Source: an uncultured Rivularia sp. (lineage in GTDB: Bacteria; Cyanobacteriota; Cyanobacteriia; Cyanobacteriales; Nostocaceae). Taken from it: a stretch of DNA of 64,000 nucleotides. Both the position numbers and the translations under genes were made by a program. Positions 21,257 through 31,619 of this stretch are shown piece by piece. The stretch covers positions 1,344,001 to 1,408,000 of the forward strand of contig OY762007.1 of assembly GCA_963665115.1 (NCBI GenBank). The letters are read 5' to 3'. The notes under the pieces are model-generated. The model made no database searches, was not told the DNA's origin, and saw only the letters and a program-made list of their open reading frames with translations. Every line of letters begins with the position of its first letter. Within the stretch, counting starts at the first letter, position 1.

Positions 21257-21661
21257 ATGGCTAAACAGAAAAAAATTGATCCTCTTGTCGGCGAAGATTT
21301 ACTCAAGAAAGTAAAAGAGCTAGAAAGCGAAAGTAAAGAAGATAAAGCCAAACAATGCGGCTACTATACCGTTACGAAAAATGGTATAGAGCGCGTTAAC
21401 ATGATGAAATTCTTGAATGCCCTAATTGATGCTGAGGGTATTCAGTTAGATAGTTCTTCTGGTGCTAATGGCCGTGGAGGACGCAGCGCTAGCTATCGAA
21501 TTAGCGTGCAGTCCAACGGTAATTTGTTGATAGGTTCGGCTTATACAAAACAGATGGGTCTTGAACCAGGAGATGAGTTTATCATCACTTTAGGCAAAAA
21601 GCATATTCGTCTAAAACAAGTAGATCCAGAAGATTTAGAAGGCGAAGAGGAAGAAGATTAA
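21257..21661 (+). CDS. cyabrB2: cyanobacterial AbrB-like regulator, clade B (cyAbrB2/CalB, Sll0822-like)
   Basis: CGYYTVTKNGIERVNMMKFLNALIDAEGI, GRGGRSASYRISVQSNGNLLIGSAYT; synteny with the Rrf2 gene. Confidence 0.9.
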   Translation: MAKQKKIDPLVGEDLLKKVKELESESKEDKAKQCGYYTVTKNGIERVNMMKFLNALIDAEGIQLDSSSGANGRGGRSASYRISVQSNGNLLIGSAYTKQMGLEPGDEFIITLGKKHIRLKQVDPEDLEGEEEED

Positions 21662-22004
21662 GCGAACTAATTAGTCATTTAATAATCGTGATTAATCAAT
21701 GTTGATTGTTAGATAGACATGAATGACATCGCTTGCTTTAAAACAAATGCAAGTGTTTGATTGCTCTTATATCTCTTGATAAAGATTAATCAATCAAAGC
21801 ATGGAAGCGCAATACTGGCTAGAAAACTCATACAGGTTTTATGCCTACAAATGTATCCATAATTTCGCTTAATGATAATTTGGGTAAATTTGGTTTAAAT
21901 AAAAAGTGTGGTTGATATATGTATGTATAGCAGGATATCAATTCATTGTTTCGTCAATTAACAATGTAAATACTGCTGGCATTAAATGGTCAATTATTAT
22001 ACTT

Positions 22005-22068
22005 CAACCATTCGTTGGTTGTAGCTGCCTCTCCAGCCTGTAATGGTTGCAGGCAGCTTTCTTATTAT
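22005..22068 (+). ncRNA. candidate small RNA or orphan terminator (two hairpins + T-rich tail)
   Basis: CAACCA/TGGTTG hairpin, then AGCTGCCT...AGGCAGCT stem followed by TTCTTATT; TATTAT/TATACT -10-like hexamers just upstream. Confidence 0.35.
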
Positions 22069-22998
22069 TGACATTTAGATATGATTGAATAGCTAAGATG
22101 AGTGGGGATAGAGGCAGCATAGCTGAAGGCAGCAATAAATAATCTCCTGCTAGCATTTAAATTATAGTAATATTTCTTCATCACTAATTAATCAATAATA
22201 TAGATTTTCGATAAAAAGATTGAGAAGTTTTAACAAATATCTTGACTAGTAATGTAATCGTTCCACACGTTTTTATAAATTTGATTTAACTTCTTTACAG
22301 GTACTTATCTTTACAGTTATTTATAGATATTAATTTAAAATATAAGCTAAGCATATATATATATATTCGATTATGTTCAAAATTCTCGCCTTGAATGACT
22401 CTTGGTGTCTTGGTAAAAGTCAAAGGGAAAGCACTAATTGTTTGGCAACAGTGCTGCGATCTGTATAATCTCTACTTCTATAAAAAGTTGCTTTTGTAGC
22501 TACTTTCTGTAGAAAATTTATGGGTAATTTCCATTCTGTAGCCCGATTACTTTACAAAGCTTTGGTAAAAAAAGCTGTAATTACTCAGAATTTTTGTGGA
22601 GGAGGTGCTTAAATAGTAAACAGTAGATACCTGCTGATTAGCCAATAGGAGCGGGTGGATGCACGTTGAATGTATAGTACGTGACGAACGGTCATCGACT
22701 ATCGCGTCAAGCAAGGTTATAAATGTAAAGGTTATAAATATGTAATGTTTCACACATTCAAGTTGACTACAATCAAATTAATCGATAATTGCTTGATTCA
22801 AAATTTTTTGGTCGGTAAGGTCAGAGTTATTTGAATATAGCTATACTCGTGTTGCAGCCACAAAATGTTCATTACCTAACGGACATTTGTATGTATCACA
22901 CATTGCTTATTCTCAACCGTGCTTCGGTTGTATAAGCACAAATTTATCAGTTATACCAATTGTTATACAGCGAGTAAATAGAATAGCGGACGAGGTAG

Positions 22999-23391
22999 AT
23001 GAACACACACACCTTTGATAATCATTACGTTACTTGCCCCATTTGCCAAAAGAATGCTACGGCAAAAGTCTTAAAAACTTGTACTGGATTATACAACTGT
23101 CCTTACTGTCAGGAAAGGTTAGTGGTATGTCGTAGCGGTAATTACGTGCGCGATCCATTTCCTTTAAAACAAATTACTCTTTCATCTGTACTACGTCGTC
23201 AAAGCCGACCTTTAGCTCGAATTTTACGAGATTTTGTATTTTTTAAGCATCCTTTGATCGCTTTTATTCTGGGAAGTGCCATTATATGCGGTATGTTAAC
23301 CGTTACTCAAACAAACACTATCGAGTCAAATACTCAAAAACCTTTGAATACAGAGAATATTGATAAAAATCTCGGTACGCAAGAAAAATAA
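22999..23391 (+). CDS. conserved hypothetical protein with zinc ribbon and C-terminal TM
   Basis: CPICQ...CPYCQ and a hydrophobic helix PLIAFILGSAIICGML. Confidence 0.75.
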   Translation: MNTHTFDNHYVTCPICQKNATAKVLKTCTGLYNCPYCQERLVVCRSGNYVRDPFPLKQITLSSVLRRQSRPLARILRDFVFFKHPLIAFILGSAIICGMLTVTQTNTIESNTQKPLNTENIDKNLGTQEK

Positions 23392-23563
23392 ACAATATTT
23401 TTTGTTAAAGGGAACGGGCAATGGGGAACGGCGAGCATTCTTAAGCAATAGAAAAATATGCCGTTCGATTGTGGCTAGCTGCTCGTTTATATTTATATAT
23501 AAAATTCAATAATTACCCGCCTTTATATAAATGTTTGAAAACACCCCCTTGACTAATTTTTAT

Positions 23564-25183
23564 TTAGTTAGGGGGCATTTTTTTTGTAACTAAAGTCCAA
23601 CCTTCTTGCTTGGCTATTACTTGTACTGAATCGGATGGAAAATCCTTCAACGCATTTTCGTCCAGTAAGAAATATGGTTGTTTATCATGCTGCCAATAAT
23701 ATTTCAAGTTATCTGGAGAAGCTGGTTTGATGGTACCTTCGCTATAAAAATCTAATGATGGACGATTATGCGGTGAAGAGATATAAACTGTTTTTATTCC
23801 TAGATTCGCTTGGGCTACCATCTGGACAACTGGCTTAACTGGATAATCTTCATTAAGTTCCCACACCCAGTAATTCGACTTTACAAATAATAATAAAGAT
23901 ACATAGGTTCCCCACAGAAGTACTTTAAGGAATTGTCTGTCACCTCTTTGTGCCCTTAAAGCTGATAAAGCCATTGTCACGCTAAGTGAGGCAAATATCA
24001 GCTGCAATTCGGGTGAAGGTGTTCCACTCCAGCTATAGTAAGTACTGGCAACTGCGGAAATCAAAGCCAAAAAGCTTAACATTACTACCCAAAATTTCGG
24101 TAAAGGGGTTAGTAAAGGTAAATTTTCGACTTGACCGAATTTTGCTCCGATCGCCAAAGCAATCGCAGGGTAAATCGGGAAAACATACCAAGGAAGCTTG
24201 GTTCCCATCACAGAAATAGCTATTAAATAAACACCGAGCCAAACGAGTACAAGTTTCGCCCAACTAAGATTGCGATTTTCCCAGGCAAAGCGTAAAGAAG
24301 CTGGGACAAAAATTAACCAAGGCCATGTATATTTGCAAATTTCAAGTAAATAATACCAGGGTGGCCCGGAATGATTTTCAACGGAAGTCCAGATACGGCT
24401 AAAGGATTGATTGATCATCCCTTTATTCACAAAATTATGCCCGTAATGTAACCATTGGGCACCGTACCAAAAAGCTACCGGAGCAGCACCGATAAACATT
24501 CCCATCCACATATACTTACTGGTAAGCAATCGCGGCGTATCCCAAAATAGATAAATCATCGCCACAGCACCCAGCAGTATACCTAAAATGCTCTTAGTTA
24601 AACATATCAGCGCAAAACCGATACCAACGCCCAAGCAATAGCGTAAATTGCGACGCGATCGCAACACGCACAACAGCATAATTGTGAAAAAGCAAACTGC
24701 TGCACCGTCTAACATAGCCAGCCTTCCGTGACGTACAACCGGCAACATTGTTAGATAAACCAAAGCGCTGTAGACAGCATAAATACGGCAAGGAAATATT
24801 TCTCTGCCAATGCTATACAGAAAAGGTACCGAAATAGCTGTTAAAATTGCACCGGGTAAACGTGTAGTCCACTCGTTTACACCTCCTAAACTATAAGCCC
24901 AAGCAATCATCAAATGTATTAATGGCGGCTTGTTGTGATATGGCTCACCCCCTAGAGTTGGGAAAAGCCATCGCATCTCGCCAGTTGGAGCGCGTCCCAA
25001 TTCGCGTGCAACTTGTGCAACAGTGCCTTCATCCCAGTCTCGCAGCGGCAAGTCGCCTAGATTAATAGTAAAAAGTATTACTGCGGCTACCAGTAATATT
25101 ACTATCCAAATTCTATCTATCCGTTTGTCCATCCGACGATACTGTTTTTCAACACGATCCCAAATAAAGCTTTCTTTTTGCAT
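23564..25183 (-). CDS. ArnT/PMT-family integral membrane glycosyltransferase
   Basis: LRDWDEG, KPPL, WTTRLPGA, LTKS, multiple TM helices, KLPWYVFP. Confidence 0.88.
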   Translation of the reverse strand: MQKESFIWDRVEKQYRRMDKRIDRIWIVILLVAAVILFTINLGDLPLRDWDEGTVAQVARELGRAPTGEMRWLFPTLGGEPYHNKPPLIHLMIAWAYSLGGVNEWTTRLPGAILTAISVPFLYSIGREIFPCRIYAVYSALVYLTMLPVVRHGRLAMLDGAAVCFFTIMLLCVLRSRRNLRYCLGVGIGFALICLTKSILGILLGAVAMIYLFWDTPRLLTSKYMWMGMFIGAAPVAFWYGAQWLHYGHNFVNKGMINQSFSRIWTSVENHSGPPWYYLLEICKYTWPWLIFVPASLRFAWENRNLSWAKLVLVWLGVYLIAISVMGTKLPWYVFPIYPAIALAIGAKFGQVENLPLLTPLPKFWVVMLSFLALISAVASTYYSWSGTPSPELQLIFASLSVTMALSALRAQRGDRQFLKVLLWGTYVSLLLFVKSNYWVWELNEDYPVKPVVQMVAQANLGIKTVYISSPHNRPSLDFYSEGTIKPASPDNLKYYWQHDKQPYFLLDENALKDFPSDSVQVIAKQEGWTLVTKKMPPN

Positions 25184-25450
25184 AAACTAGGACAATCGTT
25201 TTAAATCGCTGCTTAAATGATGGAGAAACCGGTATTGTGAATCTCCAATAATAACATTCTATTAAACTACTGTCTTTTCATTATCTCGTTAAATCTAATT
25301 TATTTATCTTTATTTTGCTATATTCTTAAATTTTTTCTCAAGAAAAAGAATCGGATAAATTTTATAAAAATTAAAATCTTGTTTATTGGATAAAAATTAA
25401 TCCTGTTGCATCACAAACATTAATGATTAAATACTGGGAGAGAAAAAAAT

Positions 25451-26968
25451 ATGAATCTGCCTTTTATCTTCGATATTGCTTTAGGTTTAGTATTTACTTA
25501 CTTAATCTTGAGTTTACTAGCTTCCGAAATACAGGAATTGATTGCCACATTATTACAATGGCGTGCCGCGCACCTCAGAAAATCTATTGAAATTTTACTT
25601 GCAGGTGGTGTTCGTAATCCTGAAGAAGCAAAAATAATCCAATTAGTAAATCAAATTTATGGAAATCCTTTAGTTAGAAATATTAATCAAGAAGCGAAAG
25701 GAGTTTTAGCGACTTTACCTAGAAAAGTTACCTGGGCTTTTTCTTCTTTGACTCGTCCTTTAAAAATGACACGTGCCGGAACAAGTAAGAACGAAACTAT
25801 TTTCGGTAATGGTCAACATAGCGGGCCATCTTATATTCCTGCCGATATTTATGCAACCACATTGATGGAAACTTTGCAAATTCCTGATTTTTCTCGAAAA
25901 CTTTCGGAATCAAGGTTAGAAAAATTTAAAAATGAAAGACTCGGTGAAATACAAGATATTTTATTTAGCTTTGAAGGAAGAGTACAAGGAGATGAGAAAT
26001 TCACGAATTTTTTGAGCGTTATTTATCAAGAATTCGCGGAAATGCAGGCTGATTTAGAAAAAATTATCTGGAATTATAACCAAAAAAAAGCCGATTTGAA
26101 TACTAGTATCAGTCGTATGTCAGAAAGTATAGATAGATATATAGAAACTTTTCAATTAGAAATACCAGAAAGCGAACATACGGCTGCTTCAGTGCGAAGG
26201 CTCAAATTTTTAAAGCAGGATATGTTTTCTTCCCAAGAACAAACAATTACTTTAGGAGGTTTAGAACCGAATGTAACCGAAATTGTTGAGTTAATGAAGA
26301 AGGGTAGTAAAGTTTACCAAGAATTTGAAGAGGCAATTAAAGATAAAGATAGTCAAACCTATGAAAAATTTCAGCAACTAACAGGTATTTTACCGCAATC
26401 TATTACAGAGAATCTGACTGTTTTAGCCCATCGTACCCGAACAAGAATTAATAAAACAGAATCTGGGCTTCATGAATTGAGACAAGAAATGGAATACTCT
26501 TTTAATAGTTCTATGGAAAGAGCTACTGGAGTTTACAAGCGTAATTCTAAAGGAGTCGCGTTACTAATTGGTTTTGCTATTGCTGTATTAGCAAACGCCG
26601 ATGCATTTCATATGATAAGTAGACTTTCTACCGATTCAGCCTTAAGAAATACGATTGTGAATAATGCCGGACAAATAGTAGTCCAGAATAAAGACAATCT
26701 GAAGTATATAGACATCGGAACCCTTAGAAGTCAAACAGAAGAAGTTTTATCCGATATATCTTTACCCATTGGTTGGACCCAAGTCAACATCAAGCAGCAA
26801 GTAGGCTCCATACCAACACTTAACACTGGCTTGCCGTCATTTCTCAAATTTGCGCGAGCAATTCCCGGCTGGATTATTAGCGGTCTTGCGATCGCGATGG
26901 GTGCCCCTTTCTGGTTTGATGTAATTAGTAAAGTTTCCAGCGTGCGGAATACTGGGAAAAAGCCTTAA
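25451..26968 (+). CDS. conserved hypothetical membrane protein (GAPFWFD family)
   Basis: N-terminal TM, large helical soluble region, YKRN..TM, LPIGW, GWIISGLAIAMGAPFWFD. Confidence 0.75.
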   Translation: MNLPFIFDIALGLVFTYLILSLLASEIQELIATLLQWRAAHLRKSIEILLAGGVRNPEEAKIIQLVNQIYGNPLVRNINQEAKGVLATLPRKVTWAFSSLTRPLKMTRAGTSKNETIFGNGQHSGPSYIPADIYATTLMETLQIPDFSRKLSESRLEKFKNERLGEIQDILFSFEGRVQGDEKFTNFLSVIYQEFAEMQADLEKIIWNYNQKKADLNTSISRMSESIDRYIETFQLEIPESEHTAASVRRLKFLKQDMFSSQEQTITLGGLEPNVTEIVELMKKGSKVYQEFEEAIKDKDSQTYEKFQQLTGILPQSITENLTVLAHRTRTRINKTESGLHELRQEMEYSFNSSMERATGVYKRNSKGVALLIGFAIAVLANADAFHMISRLSTDSALRNTIVNNAGQIVVQNKDNLKYIDIGTLRSQTEEVLSDISLPIGWTQVNIKQQVGSIPTLNTGLPSFLKFARAIPGWIISGLAIAMGAPFWFDVISKVSSVRNTGKKP

Positions 26969-26969
26969 T

Positions 26970-27200
26970 TTGGGAATTGGGCATAGGGCATGGGGCATGG
27001 GAAAGTTAGGAGTTAGCAGTTAGCAGTTAGAAGTTAAGAGTTAAGAGTTAAGAGTTGAGTTATGAATCAATATTTTAGTAATCCCCAATTACCAATTACC
27101 AATTACCAATTACCAATTACCAATGCCCCATGCCCCATGCCCAATAATTACCAATGCCCAGCAACCAACAACCAACAACCAATAACTAACAACTAACAAC
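26970..27200. repeat. complex STRR block (GGGCATG / AGTTAAG / CCAATTA / TGCCCCA / ACAACTA)
   Basis: Several tandem heptamer families; outer blocks are mutually inverted. Confidence 0.85.
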
Positions 27201-28495
27201 TAAAATATAAATATAATTCGTAGATCCCAATCTTTCTCTTGACGAATTATCTCGATCTGACGAATAAATTCTCTAAAATAAAATCTTCTTTCTGTTTCGG
27301 ATAAGTCAAACCAAAATTGCGGAATGGAAACGGCTTGGGCAACCGAACGTAAGTTTACTGGCGGCAATATTGCTAGTTGTGCTTGAAGTTTTGAGATTTC
27401 GGTGCGGAGTTTGTAAGTTCTGATTTTGGCAGTTTCTTCATCTAAAATGCCAGTTTCAATCAATGCTGGTATTTGTTCTAGTATTTGCTGTTGACGGATA
27501 ATAGCTTCGGTTAAATTATTTTTTACCCCATCAAAGAACGTAAAATTAATTTTTTCTACCGCTTGAGGTAATTCGTTGCAAACTTTTTCAATCGTGTTTT
27601 CTAATACTTGTTGGTAAGAAATAGCACGGCATTTTTTATTTTTGACACAGTTAATAGGACGTAAATAAATATACTCTTTCTTTCGTCTGTGAAAGGTAAC
27701 GCGAGTAACGCTCATGTGAGATTGACATTCACCACAAACAACTAAACCAGCCAATGAACGCCTAGCACTTGCTGTACGAGACGGTAAACGACTATTACGA
27801 CGTAAAATTCTATCAACTTGGGCTGCTTCTTCACGAGAAATTATTGCATTGTGGGTGTTGCCGATCATTTCCCCATTCCGATAAGCGGTATCGCCACGAT
27901 ATACAGGATTAGATAACCAACGTCTTCCGGTAGTAACGGATATTTTTTTACCGTATTTTTTAGCTAAATGTCGCACGGCTCCCCGTAGCGAACCATACAA
28001 TAAAAAGTTATCGAAAAATTCTTTGACTACCGGGGAAGTACTGCGGTCAATAGTATATTTTGCTTTACCGCGACGGTAACCGTAAGGTGCTTTACCCGGT
28101 GGTGGTGATGCCTCTAAACGATTGCGTGCGTGTCCTTGACGGATACGACGACTGCGTTTTTGTTGTTGAATTTCGTGTAATAGCTTGAGTAAATTAGCGT
28201 GGGTATTAGTTGCTTTTGTTGCAGAATTATAATTTTGTTCTACTGCAACGAGATTTATTCCCATCTCTTCAAATTGGGAAAGGTTCGATGCAACTTCCTC
28301 AACAGAATCTCCTAACTCTTCCAAACGTCGGATAAAAACTATAGAAGGAGGATTCGTTTGACAGTCTTTGAATAACTGCTGTAACTCCAACCGTTTCCCC
28401 AAATCTTGGTAAACCCGATCTACTTCCCATCCTAAGCTCGTAGGTTCGGGAGTTTCTTCTAATAAATAGTCGCTGTAAGTATATGCGAACTTCAT
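27200..28495 (-). CDS. large serine recombinase family protein with degenerate catalytic domain
   Basis: APYGYRR, WLSNPVYRG, HNAIISREE, LAGLVVCGEC and coiled coil, but no Y-x-R-x-S motif at the N-terminus (AYTYSD). Confidence 0.82.
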   Translation of the reverse strand: MKFAYTYSDYLLEETPEPTSLGWEVDRVYQDLGKRLELQQLFKDCQTNPPSIVFIRRLEELGDSVEEVASNLSQFEEMGINLVAVEQNYNSATKATNTHANLLKLLHEIQQQKRSRRIRQGHARNRLEASPPPGKAPYGYRRGKAKYTIDRSTSPVVKEFFDNFLLYGSLRGAVRHLAKKYGKKISVTTGRRWLSNPVYRGDTAYRNGEMIGNTHNAIISREEAAQVDRILRRNSRLPSRTASARRSLAGLVVCGECQSHMSVTRVTFHRRKKEYIYLRPINCVKNKKCRAISYQQVLENTIEKVCNELPQAVEKINFTFFDGVKNNLTEAIIRQQQILEQIPALIETGILDEETAKIRTYKLRTEISKLQAQLAILPPVNLRSVAQAVSIPQFWFDLSETERRFYFREFIRQIEIIRQEKDWDLRIIFIF

Positions 28496-28579
28496 TCAGT
28501 GAACAGTTATCAATTATCAGTTATCAGTTATCAATTATCAATTATCAATTATCACTCATAACTCCTAACTCCTAACTCT

Positions 28580-28940
28580 TTACTGTTGGCTTAATTCAAT
28601 AATATTTCCGTCTGAGTCTTGAGTGAATAATGCTCTACGACCGGAAGCACTTGGTTGAATTGGGCAGTTATAATTTAATAACCGCTCTTTAGCGGCATCT
28701 AAGTCGGAAACTGAAAAAGCAATATGGGGGTTGCGGCCCCCATTTTTCGTTTTTAGCTGGGCTTGAAAGTAAAGATGTAACGATTAGGTGTAATTGATAT
28801 TCACCAACTTGATACCAGCTACCAGGAAAATTGCGCGATCGCTCTGTTTTAGGTAATTTTAAGATTTCACCATAAAAGTGTTCGGCACGGTTTAAGTCAG
28901 TGACAAGAATGGCTACGTGCAAACATTGAGTAATTTGCAT
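28580..28940 (-). CDS. VOC/glyoxalase family protein (+1 frameshift at ~28737-28741)
   Basis: LHVAILVTDL...FYGEIL...QLHLI; continues GRNPHIAFSVSDL...ALFTQDSDGNIIELSQQ* in the shifted frame. Confidence 0.85.
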
Positions 28941-29105
28941 ATTAAATGATTTTGGATTTTAGATTTTGGATTTTAGATTAGGAGTTATAAGTTAAAACTT
29001 CTACCCCTTCTACCCCCTCTTCCCTCTCTTCCCCCTCTCTCCCTATATTCTCCCATGCCCAATGCCCGATGCCCAACTCCCTATCATTCATAATAAATAA
29101 TTTAT

Positions 29106-29714
29106 ATGGGCACAAAGTCAAGAAAACGATGGCTTGGTTTGATCTTAATTGCTGTGGTGTCTTCGCTATTGCTGGCTATTACTTCTACAGCGTTTAACAT
29201 TTATGTTTACGGTAACGAAAGTCCTAATATTAAAGCTGATGCTGCAATTGTTTTAGGGGCTGCTGTTTGGGGTAACGAACCATCCCCTGTTTTTCGAGAA
29301 CGCATTAATCATGCGGTTAATCTTTATCAAAATAAAGATGTTCGTAAGATTATTTTTACGGGTGGTGTTGGTGACAGTGACGAACTATCTGAGGCTGTTG
29401 TTGGTAAACGTTATGCTATAGAACGAGGAGTAAAAGAAACTGATATTTTTGTTGAAACTGAATCTAAAACTACGCGACAAAATTTAATCAATGCCCGAAA
29501 AATAGCTGTTGAAAATAAATTAATTAAAAGTAAATTTCTAATTGTTAGCGACCCTTTACACCTCAAACGCGCTGTATTAATGGCACAAGATTTAGGAATC
29601 GATGCTTATCCTGCCGCGACACCAACCACCCGCTACCGTAGTTTTCAAAAAAAGTTTGAATTTCTGATCCGAGAAACTTATTTTTATTTTGTTTACTCAT
29701 TATTCAAAATTTAA
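29106..29714 (+). CDS. YdcF/DUF218 family protein
   Basis: N-terminal TM, DAAIVLGAAV, IIFTGG, ETESKTTRQN, IVSDPLHLKRA. Confidence 0.9.
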   Translation: MGTKSRKRWLGLILIAVVSSLLLAITSTAFNIYVYGNESPNIKADAAIVLGAAVWGNEPSPVFRERINHAVNLYQNKDVRKIIFTGGVGDSDELSEAVVGKRYAIERGVKETDIFVETESKTTRQNLINARKIAVENKLIKSKFLIVSDPLHLKRAVLMAQDLGIDAYPAATPTTRYRSFQKKFEFLIRETYFYFVYSLFKI

Positions 29715-29775
29715 TTTAATATACCCTGGCATTTTCCATTCAGCGATAATTGATAATTGATAATTGATTAATTGA

Positions 29776-30867
29776 TTAAAACCCTTGCATTTCAACTAAT
29801 TCGATACATAGATCGTTAATTTGTTCTAAATCCGGTTTGTGAGGTAAGGCTGATTGTTCGTAAACGGTTTCCATTTCAGCTACTAAGTCCTCTGCTATTT
29901 TCATTAGTTGTTCGTAGGAATATTCGCCACGAAGAATTGCTTTCAAATCTTCTGCATCACCTATCTTTTTTCTATCTACAATTACTTCTTGTTGACGTAA
30001 TATTTCTAAGCCGCTACGCAATAATCTAATGCAGTGCATTCCGTGTTTGAGGTCGTAACCTGACAATTTTTCTGTTTCCGCTCTTTGAGGATTTCTATTT
30101 TTTTTCCACGATTGATACGCTTGCCATTCTCTCAATGCATTATGATATTTTTGACTTCTTTGCAGTAAGCGAATAAAGTCTTTACGGCTATTGGTGAATT
30201 GTTGAGTTTTTTCTATAGTTTCATCGGGTAAAGGATGCTGTTTCAACATTCCTTTAAAGTCGATATCCGCTGTCAATAATTTATAAAGCTGTTCTGCTTC
30301 TTCTAAGAATTCAATTTTACCTCTAATTAATAAATATAGATATTCGAGAAAAGCATTTAATTCTTCTTTAGCTAAAGGTGTTTCGTTTTCTATTTCAAAA
30401 TCAGATGGTATTGGTTTGGATTGCGGCGGATTTAATAACCACTTGCGATGAGTTTCTATTTTTTTGATTTGAGCAAAGGCATAACCAGAATAAGTATGCT
30501 TGACTTTTTTACTTAAAAATAGTTTTCTGTGGTTCATTAAATGTTGTCCTACTGGGGTTAAAACAGGATATTCGTTTAGCCACAAAAGTTCTAAAACGTT
30601 GGGGTTTGCTCCTGCTAATAATTGAATTATTTTTCTTAGTTCATAGATAACGGTATCTTCGCTATTATCCAGAAAAGAATGGATTCCCGGTTCGTTCCAA
30701 CCGCTATCTTTTTGCTCGATTCCTTTATTAAATCCCAGATAATATTCTTTGGGTGCGATAAATACACCCCTCCAGTCGTAATCGGAATCTGGACGATTCA
30801 ATCCGTAACCGTGGCTTCCGGCTAATCCTACAAAAATCGTTCTAGCTTCTACTTCTATTCTTTTCAT
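29776..30867 (-). CDS. DNA polymerase beta-superfamily nucleotidyltransferase (RlaP/YcgL-like)
   Basis: GSHGYGLNRPDSDYDWRGVF, NPNVLELL, YDLKHGMHCIRLL, SALPHKPD. Confidence 0.85.
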   Translation of the reverse strand: MKRIEVEARTIFVGLAGSHGYGLNRPDSDYDWRGVFIAPKEYYLGFNKGIEQKDSGWNEPGIHSFLDNSEDTVIYELRKIIQLLAGANPNVLELLWLNEYPVLTPVGQHLMNHRKLFLSKKVKHTYSGYAFAQIKKIETHRKWLLNPPQSKPIPSDFEIENETPLAKEELNAFLEYLYLLIRGKIEFLEEAEQLYKLLTADIDFKGMLKQHPLPDETIEKTQQFTNSRKDFIRLLQRSQKYHNALREWQAYQSWKKNRNPQRAETEKLSGYDLKHGMHCIRLLRSGLEILRQQEVIVDRKKIGDAEDLKAILRGEYSYEQLMKIAEDLVAEMETVYEQSALPHKPDLEQINDLCIELVEMQGF

Positions 30868-31032
30868 ATTGGATTGCGAGAAATAGCTTGTAATTAATAA
30901 TTGTTTTTTAGTTATATCTTTGAAATTGGTTAAAGTGCCAGCAACTTTATATAATTTGTAGAAATTTCAGGATTAATAAATAGTAGCCTCTTGTATTATC
31001 CTTAACTCTTGTATCACCTTAAATTAACAACT

Positions 31033-31555
31033 ATGACTGTTGAAATTCGATTAGCAAGTTCGGAGCAGCGTTACATTATTCAAAATATGTGGCCAGCTTA
31101 TATACACGATTTATCTCAATACCGAAACCAATTACCTAATAAACATGGACTTTTTGATGATGATGAAATATCTACCTACACGGCTGAAAACTTTATGACT
31201 GGGTGGTGGACTCATCCCAAGCAAGCTTTTGCCTTCATCCTTTATGTCGAAGAACGAGCTGCTGGTTTTGCGCTTGTTGCTTCACCTCCCTTAGTTGATG
31301 GAAAAGCAGATAAAGTGATTGCTGAGTTTTTTCTTCTTCATCCCTATCGCGGTAAAGGTATCGGAAAGCTATTAGCAACCCGAGTCTTTGATATGTTTAA
31401 AGGGGTCATGGCAGGTTAGCGTTTTACCAAAAAGTAAACCCGCTGTGGCTTTCTGGCGCAAAGTCATATCAGAATATACAAATGACAAGTTTCACGAGCA
31501 AGAACAACAGTATCCAGATGAACTTATGATTGACTTCTTCTTTTCTAGCTTTTAA
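31033..31555 (+). CDS. GNAT N-acetyltransferase (+1 frameshift at ~31399-31405)
   Basis: AEFFLLHPYRGKGIGKLLA acetyl-CoA motif; continues SWQVSVLPKSKPAVAFWRKVI...FSSF* in the shifted frame. Confidence 0.8.
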
Positions 31556-31619
31556 ATCAGTAACGACGTAACAAAAGCATTTGCAGTTTTTTTGTTCAGT
31601 TAGTAACTTTTGAATACAC

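Noticed and set aside
22547..22753. 68-aa minus-strand ORF
   Set aside because: GTG start and no recognisable motif; the region is more likely upstream/UTR sequence of the zinc-ribbon gene.
25451..28940. Heterocyst excision element (xisF-like) around the serine recombinase
   Set aside because: No interrupted nif/fdxN/hup half-gene, no xisH/xisI, no evident att repeats, and the catalytic motif is degenerate.
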